This document shows, one piece after another, positions 58,701 through 64,000 of a DNA stretch of 64,000 nucleotides. Made by a program: the position numbers and the translations under genes. Source of the stretch: Chloroflexota bacterium. Its GTDB lineage: Bacteria; Chloroflexota; Dehalococcoidia; UBA2979. Location of the stretch: positions 2,454 to 66,453 of the forward strand of contig VXMU01000118.1 of assembly GCA_009840945.1 (NCBI GenBank). The letters are read 5' to 3'. The notes below the pieces were generated by a model. That model searched no databases and was not told the DNA's origin. It saw only the letters and a program-made list of their open reading frames with translations. The number at the start of each line of letters is the position of its first letter. The stretch's first letter is position 1.

Positions 58701-60065
58701 GAAGCTCGGCGCCATGTCCCCGCTGACCACCGGCGTCTCGTTGAGGTCGTTGACCATGACCGCGACGATCTGGGTGTCCTCCAGCCGTGGGCTCGCGTTG
58801 TCCCTCACCCGCACCGTCAGGTCGTAGGTGTTGTTGCCGCCCGTGTCGTCCGGCATCTCGTAGTCCGGCGGGCTCTTGAACGTGAGCTCGGCCGTCCCGT
58901 TCACGTTCGAGGTGATGTTGAAGTCACCCGCGTCGTTGCCCGAGAGGTCCCACGACATCGTCCCGGTCGTCATGTCCGGGTCCGTCGCGATGTACGTCGC
59001 GACCACCCCCGTGGCGTTCTCGTCGAAGGAGACGGTCGCGGGGGCGGTGGTCAGCGTCGGCGTCTCGTTGACGTCCGTGACGGTCACGGCGAGGGACTTC
59101 GAGACGCTGAGGTGGTTCGACGCTCCCCGCGCGCCGTCGATGCCGTTGTCCGTGACCGTGACCGTGACGTTGTAGACCCCGTCGCCGCCGGCGTCCTGCC
59201 GGTCCTCGAAGTTCGGAGCGTTCTTGAAGGTGAGCACGCCGCTGGTCGAGCCGATCTCGAAGAAACCCCCGTCGTCGGCGCTCTCCACGGACCAGGTCAG
59301 CGTGTTGGCCGAGTCGTTGGTCTCGCCGTTGCTGTCCGGGTCGTCTGCGTCGTAGTCGAGGACCGAGGTCTGGTTCTCGGCGACGGAGATGGCGGTCTGG
59401 GTGGTCTCGATGGTGGGCTGCTCGTTCACGTCCGTGAGGCTGATGATCACCGAGATGGTGTCGTCGATGTTGGTGTTGGTGTTGCCGGCGGCGTCCTTGC
59501 TGTCCCGCACGCGCACCGTAACGCTGTAATTGACGGTGCCTTCATAGTTGTAGTTGATGCCGGACTTGGTCTTGATCTGGCCGGTGCCGGAATCGATGGT
59601 GAACGATGACTCGTTGCCGCCCGTCCCGAACGAGTAGGTGAGCGTGTCGTTGTCGTCGTCGCTGGCAGCCACGGCCGAGCCGACGTTCACATTCGCTCCG
59701 CTGTTCTCCGCCACCTCCCGCGTTGCCGGCGAGGTCTCGTCGAACTCCGGTTCGTTGTTGCCGGCGCTGATCTGGCCCGTCACAGCGTTGGCGCTCTTGC
59801 CCGACCCCTGGGGGTCCGTGTAGGACGCCGTGGCGCGCAGGAACCTGTTCACGTCCACGGCCACCGGTTCATAGGTATTGGATGTCGCCCCGCTGATGGG
59901 GGCGAAGGGCCCTGAGGCCGAGGCCCCCAGCGCCCACTGCCAGCTCACGCTGGTCGGAGTCCCGTCCAGATCAGTCACCGACGCCGTCAGCGTCTCGCCT
60001 CCCGATTCGGTGCCCGCGATCGTCACCGTGCCGGGCTCGTCGAGGTTGTTGAGGTTGATGATCAC
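52752..60065 (-). CDS. Giant cadherin-repeat surface protein, C-terminal 2437-aa reading frame (continues the upstream frame after a frameshift)
   Basis: The frame contains:
- Repeated cadherin-like units (..ENxxxGxxIGxPVxAxDxDxDxLTYSLxGxDAxxFxIDxxTGQI..YxVTVxVxDG..DDxIxVTIxV).
- W-x-W Ig-like modules.
- A 5-blade GIWSDG propeller.
- A cadherin-like beta-sandwich.
- Two copies of an unassigned C-terminal domain. Confidence 0.9.
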   Translation of the reverse strand: MIINLNNLDEPGTVTIAGTESGGETLTASVTDLDGTPTSVSWQWALGASASGPFAPISGATSNTYEPVAVDVNRFLRATASYTDPQGSGKSANAVTGQISAGNNEPEFDETSPATREVAENSGANVNVGSAVAASDDDNDTLTYSFGTGGNESSFTIDSGTGQIKTKSGINYNYEGTVNYSVTVRVRDSKDAAGNTNTNIDDTISVIISLTDVNEQPTIETTQTAISVAENQTSVLDYDADDPDSNGETNDSANTLTWSVESADDGGFFEIGSTSGVLTFKNAPNFEDRQDAGGDGVYNVTVTVTDNGIDGARGASNHLSVSKSLAVTVTDVNETPTLTTAPATVSFDENATGVVATYIATDPDMTTGTMSWDLSGNDAGDFNITSNVNGTAELTFKSPPDYEMPDDTGGNNTYDLTVRVRDNASPRLEDTQIVAVMVNDLNETPVVSGDMAPSFQEIDFSRVPGDIPASDYEVATFTAYDDDNDTVSWSVAGDDAAHFSINASTGVLSFDIAAVTHPVTDEMTARPDFERPDDMDGNNEYVIQVRADDQQGESNSVGTFEVTVTVTGLNEIPVLIQGDLNPTFAEIPYDAASWDSLIGEYRGHDEEGQDIFYETLAGLDTSDLEASSVTTIGDRFGRLRFKNRPNYEMPADSPESGQTEGDNVYKVTMRLRDTPGVTSRIRPYQIAVTVTNIDETPEITDLPNALYNEIEYDAGVALADIDDVAVFTARDEENEVITWELAGADASDFTITKNADGQGVLRFAELPDFEQSTGSGSTSNVYELIILARDANTPPDNTAENVGQLGEIGDEFLVQVDDVNEQPEFTGSPSVTLSFDEHNATLDANFQEPPYAFPVIVSYTARDEEGFVDWSLEGPDRLDFEIDLGGNVVFRETPNFEDPDDANGDNVYQYTVVATDRQSGPTRRAVRHDVTLTVQDVEEDGAISVSNLNPAVGESVTFTISDPDGGIVLTQVPGEGGFAWVIQTRTSGGAWQQLIHSNTGLGSYTYVADEDETSLEIRAIVNPYTDRRGGGKSAESEATAAITPDPIPNAPPRIRTGSAQNIPETDAGVDVGDRVTATDRDNDPLTFAIGEGGDGALFEIHPTTGQLRTVQALDFETTTGLLLVPVNVSDGRDDQGTVETERVVDASTTVGVRVLDVEEEGVVTLSEPEPGVGVTVQATLADGDGSISGRSWRWARSRDGRTGWTNIPNTTSSATTSSYTTVLADAGFFLRASVGYTDNRGSGKRAEGITSLRVFGENQQPTFPAGEDGARTVPENSSAGTSIGDPVAAEDPENDRLTYLLSGTDAASFSIVAGTGQLRVQEPLDFETKSSYQVTVDVHDGKDGLGNTSAAIDDSIDVTITVGNEDEPGSVTLTTLTATIQARVEVTAVLEDDDEPVPGSISWAWHRSPNGRTDWVNLVGATSDRYTPTLVDAGNFIRATASYNDGHGDNKTASEVSSRVGDPPPVNSAPAFPATETGTRDVPEDAQGGDAIGDPVAATDLNAGDSAVNDPLAYSLTGTDAASFTIDDGTGQIRLAQDVTLDFEGKRTYRVTVQVTDGRDQNGDDDMDAVDATRTVTISVTNVNEAPVVSGDTSPSIAENSSAAVATYTAADPERDTLEWSVSSNDFWISDRGQLYFATPPDYEDGNTSFPVTVTATDPGGLEGRLDVTVAVTDVEEAGVVTLSPPRGWNGTQFEAELSDGDDGVTGEAWQWARSSNRSSWHDIAGATSSSYTAVADDVGSYLRVSVDYSDNRGGNKSASAELDSRIGESSSRPSSNSAPAFDEAEVPRSVGQGTQAGRSVGPPVKADDPDPDDVLTYSLSGPDANNFEIDPETGQIRTKAVLDPDVQETHNVTVDVHDGFNSGYNPSGVTDDSVTVIITVARVARSSFGGGGGFFVGAPGGGPSGPTPSDVDFEWNVTRDIDLLAAGNGEPTGLWGDGAVLWVAQNGSGANDGVYAYDLATAERVEEREFALDETNRAPRGIWSDGATAWVSDSGQEQLFAYGLATGARVEERDIALTRRNRDARGIWAGDGVMWVLDGGKNGLFAYDLASGEFLGEYELHDANGSPHGIWSDGVTVWVSNHDPKRIYAYRLPALPTDGPPEEPPALERVVDEDFVELGRIGNNSPRGIWSEGEVMYVADENDDRVYSYNMPDAFDARLASLTLEGIDIGTFDPARREYEGVADAGVTSTTVVAEAVRDGATVAVTPADADEAAEGHQVALAGLDEIAVTVTSADGSRERVYRVALGEVGPPADCLRGAVSVGFSLVAYEGGSVDDLVACAEGRHITALYVLHEGAWVSHILAAPDFVNASFRALFADGVPALTPLVVRSDGPATPALPAPEVTEPFATCLRGEVAEGFSLVVYEGGSVGDLDACAASLGVTAIYVLHGGAWVSNILAAPDFVNRSFRELFAAGVPAGTPLVVRSDEPAGVGTDGN

Positions 60066-62424
60066 GGTGATGCTGTCGTCGATCGTCGTGTCGTTCTGGT
60101 TGGCGGCCGTTCTTGCCGTCGTGCACGCGCAAGGTGATGGAGAAGCCGGACTTGGTCTCGTAGTCGTAGGTCACGCCCGACTTCGTCGAGAACTGCCGGG
60201 TCGCGGCGCTAAACGTGAAGGACGAACTGTCGGCCCCGGCTACCGAGTAGATCAGCGTGTCACCATCGACGTCGGTGGCCGGCACGGGATCGCCGATGTT
60301 CACGCTGGCGCCCGTGTTCTCGTCGAGCATGAAGGTGACGCTCGACCCGTCGTCAAACGTCGGCGCGGTGTTGAGGATCTGGTTGGTGACCGCGTTCGCC
60401 ATCCGGTTGCCCTGGAGGGTGTCGCCGTAGACGACCGAGGCCCGCAGGTACATGCCGACGTCGGCGGGGACCACGGTGTAGGTCGCGGAGTTGGCGTTGG
60501 TGATGTCGTCGAACGAACCAGTCGCCGAGGCGCCCCGCGCCCACTGCCAGGTGATGGAGCCGATATTGCCGTCCGGGTCGGAGACGGTGGCCGTCAGTGT
60601 CGCCCCGACCGCGAGGTCGCCCGCGATGGTGACGGAGCCGGCTTCTTCGACGTTTGTGAGGCTGATGGTGACGTTGATGCTGTCGTCGACCGCCGTATCG
60701 ACGTTGCCGTTGGCGTCCTTGTTGTCGCGGACGTTGACGGTCACCGTGTAGGTCTTCTTGGTGCTCTCGAAGTCGTAGTCGATGCCGCTCTTGGCCTGGA
60801 TCTGGCCGCTGTTCGCGACGATCTGGAAGGACGAGGCGTCCGCGCCGCTCAGCGTGTAGGTGAGCGTGTCGCCGTCGTCGTCGCTGGCTGTGAAGGGCAT
60901 CCCGACGTTCGTGCCGGCGGCGCTGTTCTCGGACAGCGTTGGCATGGTTGACAGGCCACTGTCGAACGCGGGCTCGTTGTTCACGGTGTTGTTGGTCACC
61001 GACTCGTTGGACAGGGCGGCGGCGGCGTTGCCGGCCTCGTCCTGGACCGGCGTGGCGCCCATCCCGGTCGGGACGGTGTAGCTCACGGTGACCGTCTCCC
61101 CGGCGATGACCGTCGACGCCAGCGCCAGCGTCACCGCCATGCCGCTGATCGAGACGCTCGACGGCGCGGCCGACGTGCCCGCGACCGTCACGGAGTAGGC
61201 GCTGGCGAGGGGCGTCGAGGCAGAGTCGAGCGTCTCATCGTAGGTCAGGACCAGCGAGGTCTCGTTTACGGTCGCCGTGTCCAGCGTCGGCGCGGTGCTG
61301 TCGGTCGGGAGGATCGTGCCCTTGATCCGCATCTTGACGAAGAACCGGTTGTCCTCGGTCCAGGCGTCCGATGCGCTGGCCCTCCAGAAGATCGTGTCGC
61401 CGATCGACCATCCGGCTGCCCCGCCGCCGTCATCACCCGTTGTCGAAACCCGGTCGATGCTTCCATTGAGAGAGCCCCCGCTCCCGTTGTCGACGAACAC
61501 GGCGTACGTGGTGCCGGGGTCAAGCGTCGTGCCCTCGGCCGCCGTGAATGTCTTCGCCCCAGCGGTGCTGACGTCGTCGGGGTTCGTCAGCGTGGCGTGC
61601 ACCGCGTTCGGGGTTCCGTCGGTGTTCGTCGTGAAGATCCTGACGCGGACCGTCGTCGCCGAGCTTGTACCTACGAGCCTTATCTCCACGCTGTTGAGGC
61701 CGTAGCCCAGCGTGTTGCTGCCCGTCGTGAACGGCTGCGCCTGGGCCGTGTTTGTTTCGCTCGCATCCGTCTGACCCCAGTTCGCGACCAGCGTGACCTC
61801 GTTCCGCGGGACGGAGCGCAGTTGCGCGCCGCCGTCCTGCACGGCCGGCTCCGACCCCGCCTCGGGCGTGGGTTCGGGCGTGGGCTCGGACGTCGGCTCG
61901 GGGGTGGTGGCCTCGGGCAGCGTGATGTCAGTCCGGCCCGAGCGGGAGCCGAGGTCGTTCGAGCGGATCCGGTAGCGGTAGTGCTCCCCGCGGTTCACGT
62001 CCTCGTCGGTGTAGGTCAGCGTCGAGCCGTCGACGGTGGCGAGGAGAGCCATGCGCGCGCCCTCGACCTCCATCTCGCGGCGGTAGACGGCGTACTCGTC
62101 GGGCGTGCAGTCGGGCGAGGCCTCCCAGGTCAGCACGACCGCCGCGCCGTCCTCGCTGGGCGCGCTCGCCAGGTTGACCGGCGGCACGCTGCACGTCGCG
62201 TCGGCGCGGACGCCGGTGGTGCGCGCGAGCAGCACCGCCAGCAGCGCGACGAGCACGAACGCCAGCGCGAGCAGGCGGAACGCGCTTCGGCCACCGCGGG
62301 AGCCGCGGCCGGACCCTCGCGCGCCCCGCGTGCGCGGACCCCCCGCGATGAGCCGTGCGGCGAGCCGCAGGGGGAGCCTGAGGGCGCGGGACGGGAGGTC
62401 GTGCCAGGGCGGGTGGCGCTTCAT
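59971..62424 (-). CDS. Giant cadherin-repeat surface protein, N-terminal reading frame (signal anchor, FN3, SwmB-type Ig repeat, first cadherin units); frame breaks near 60102-60108
   Basis: The probable start is ATG 62424 (MKRHPPW...), followed by the hydrophobic anchor FRLLALAFVLVALLAVLLA. Next come an FN3-like segment (VVLTWEASPD...YAVYRRE...YRYRIRS) and a SwmB-type repeat (APTLDTATVNETSLVLTYDETLD...VTVSYTVP...VQDEAGNAA). The last ~35 codons before the stop at 59971 are out-of-frame junk. Confidence 0.85.
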   Translation of the reverse strand: MKRHPPWHDLPSRALRLPLRLAARLIAGGPRTRGARGSGRGSRGGRSAFRLLALAFVLVALLAVLLARTTGVRADATCSVPPVNLASAPSEDGAAVVLTWEASPDCTPDEYAVYRREMEVEGARMALLATVDGSTLTYTDEDVNRGEHYRYRIRSNDLGSRSGRTDITLPEATTPEPTSEPTPEPTPEAGSEPAVQDGGAQLRSVPRNEVTLVANWGQTDASETNTAQAQPFTTGSNTLGYGLNSVEIRLVGTSSATTVRVRIFTTNTDGTPNAVHATLTNPDDVSTAGAKTFTAAEGTTLDPGTTYAVFVDNGSGGSLNGSIDRVSTTGDDGGGAAGWSIGDTIFWRASASDAWTEDNRFFVKMRIKGTILPTDSTAPTLDTATVNETSLVLTYDETLDSASTPLASAYSVTVAGTSAAPSSVSISGMAVTLALASTVIAGETVTVSYTVPTGMGATPVQDEAGNAAAALSNESVTNNTVNNEPAFDSGLSTMPTLSENSAAGTNVGMPFTASDDDGDTLTYTLSGADASSFQIVANSGQIQAKSGIDYDFESTKKTYTVTVNVRDNKDANGNVDTAVDDSINVTISLTNVEEAGSVTIAGDLAVGATLTATVSDPDGNIGSITWQWARGASATGSFDDITNANSATYTVVPADVGMYLRASVVYGDTLQGNRMANAVTNQILNTAPTFDDGSSVTFMLDENTGASVNIGDPVPATDVDGDTLIYSVAGADSSSFTFSAATRQFSTKSGVTYDYETKSGFSITLRVHDGKNGRQPERHDDRRQHHRDHQPQQPRRARHGDDRGHRIGRRDADGVGD

Positions 62425-62682
62425 CCAGTCGTACACGGGGCACCACCCTCGGGAGATGCTCCGGCGGGACTGACGTTCGCCCGTGGCGGTCGGTTCGCCG
62501 CGATCAGCCAGCAGAGCCCGGGCGTTCTGTTGTCCAACGCGGAGCATCAATGCGGGCTCAAACGATAGACGACGGGACGCACGAGACTGTCAGAGATCTA
62601 TGAGATACGGCCCCAGAGGCGTAAAGTATCTGTTAGTATTTCGTGACGGCGTTCACCAATACCGAATGACAGGAGGGGAACG

Positions 62683-64000
62683 ATGGTCGAGGAAAACACC
62701 CCGCCGGCGCCCGAGGCCCAGGCTCTCCGCGAACGCCTCTCCCGGCTGAGCGAGGCCAGCGCCCGCATCAACGAGAGCCTCGACTTCAACGTCGTCCTCC
62801 AGGAGACCATCGACAACGCGCGACGCCTGACCAATGCCCGATACGGTGTGATCGCGACGACCGACGAGGCCGGCGGCCTGGACGCGCTCCTCACCTCCGG
62901 CACGACCGAAGAGCAGCACGATGTGCTCGTCACGCACCCCGGCGGGATGAGGATCTTCGATCACTTCAGCCAGCTCTCGGCGGCTCTGCGTGTCGAGAAC
63001 TACGGCGAATACGCCGAGTCGGTTGGAATCGATGGCCAGCTGCCGATGACCGTGTTCTCCGGTCTGGCGGCGCCGGTGAGACACCGGGACGAGCTGGTGG
63101 GAATCATCTGGCTGGGACACGACCGGGCGGACCAGGCGTTCAGCGATGAGGACATCGAGACGATGGTCATGTTCGCCTCGCAGGCGGCGCTGGTCATCGC
63201 CAACGCCCGCCGGCACCGCGATGTGCAGCGGGCCCGCGCGGACCTCGAGACCCTGGTGAACACGGCTCCGGTCGGGGTCGTGGTGGTCGACGCAACGACG
63301 GGGGATCTCGTGTCGGTCAACCAGGAGGCGAGGAGGCTCGTAGACGTCCTCAGCCCCGGTCAGCCGCCCGCGGAACTCCTCGCAGCGTTGACCCTGCACC
63401 GAGCGGATGGGCGCGAGGTCTCGCTGCGCGACTTCCCGCTGGCGGAGGCGCTCCGAGGCGGAGAGACGGTGCGAGGCGAGGAGATCACCCTCTCGATGGG
63501 CGAGGACCGCTCGCTGACGGTCCTGCTCAACGCCACTCCCATCGTGACCGAGAACGGCGAGCTGGAGCGGTTCGTCGCCACGGTGCAGGACATGACGCCG
63601 CTCAAGGAGCTGGAGCGGCTGCGCGCCGAGTTTCTCGCCATGGTGAGCCACGAGCTGCGCGCTCCGCTGACCTCCGTCAAGGGCTCGATCGCCACGCTCC
63701 TGAACCCCTCGAGCCCGCTGAACCCGGGCGAGGTGCTCCAGTTCCACCGCATCATCGACTCGCAGACGGACCAGATGCGGGAGCTCATCGCCGACCTGCT
63801 CGATGTCGCGCGCATCGACACCGGCACGCTCAGCGTCGCCCCGGAGCCCACGGACCTCGCGACCCTCGTGGGCGACGCCCGCGAGGCCTTCCAGAGCGGG
63901 GGCGGTCAGCACACGCTCCTCATCGACCTCGAGCCCGAGCTGCCGCTGGTTATGGCCGACCGGCTGCGCATGGTGCAGGTGCTGAACAACCTGCTGTTCA
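62683..64000 (+). CDS. Sensor histidine kinase with GAF and PAS domains (3' end off-window)
   Basis: Absent from the track because there is no stop in the window. My translation from ATG 62683 (AGGAGG 6 nt upstream) gives MVEENTPPAPEAQALRERLSRLSEASARINESLDF..., which is GAF-like. It continues with LETLVNTAPVGVVVVDATTGDLVSVNQEARRL (PAS-like) and the H-box EFLAMVSHELRAPLTSVKG. Confidence 0.85.
   Translation, partial: MVEENTPPAPEAQALRERLSRLSEASARINESLDFNVVLQETIDNARRLTNARYGVIATTDEAGGLDALLTSGTTEEQHDVLVTHPGGMRIFDHFSQLSAALRVENYGEYAESVGIDGQLPMTVFSGLAAPVRHRDELVGIIWLGHDRADQAFSDEDIETMVMFASQAALVIANARRHRDVQRARADLETLVNTAPVGVVVVDATTGDLVSVNQEARRLVDVLSPGQPPAELLAALTLHRADGREVSLRDFPLAEALRGGETVRGEEITLSMGEDRSLTVLLNATPIVTENGELERFVATVQDMTPLKELERLRAEFLAMVSHELRAPLTSVKGSIATLLNPSSPLNPGEVLQFHRIIDSQTDQMRELIADLLDVARIDTGTLSVAPEPTDLATLVGDAREAFQSGGGQHTLLIDLEPELPLVMADRLRMVQVLNNLLF

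Overview
A 64-kb, roughly 70% GC, gene-dense segment with about 40 protein genes. I saw no rRNA, tRNA or CRISPR. The gene content looks actinobacterial (MmpL, KatG, Zn-ADH, IS481), but that is an inference. The six-frame track is full of long Arg/Pro/Gly-rich shadow ORFs, so I called genes from recognisable motifs, start-codon and RBS context, and operon spacing. Two real genes run off the window edges and are missing from the track: a Rieske oxygenase at the left edge and a GAF-PAS histidine kinase at the right edge.

Ordinary content:
- Left third (1-19.7 kb): a divergent Rieske oxygenase and a GPP34-P450 fusion, MmpL, an FAD oxidoreductase, threonine aldolase, katG, a PTER-like hydrolase, two acyl-CoA dehydrogenases flanking an MFS gene, panE and a secreted 5'-nucleotidase.
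- Middle (19.7-36 kb): a secreted animal-type heme peroxidase, a four-gene molybdenum hydroxylase operon, an esterase-BVMO pair, a DUF4349 lipoprotein, an SLC13 permease, an ADH and an orphan ABC binding protein.

Accessory content, right 28 kb:
- An intact IS481-family element with a GCTAGC target duplication.
- An orphan type I PKS operon. The PKS reads KS-AT-DH-psiKR-ER remnant-KR-ACP-KS-AT remnant, with no loading module, no terminal carrier and no release domain. It is co-transcribed with a discrete ACP, an Sfp-type PPTase, a crotonase, an alpha/beta hydrolase and an NCS2-type permease, with a second paralogous hydrolase divergent.
- A surface protein gene of about 3220 codons, split by one frameshift. 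It has 14 cadherin-like repeats, six W-x-W Ig-like modules, a 5-blade propeller and two copies of a C-terminal domain I cannot name.

The most interesting points:
- The same unnamed C-terminal domain of about 80 aa also ends the heme peroxidase 33 kb away.
- The PKS operon has an incomplete assembly line.
- The GPP34-P450 fusion is unusual.

All functional calls come from motif reading by eye. No database search was run.
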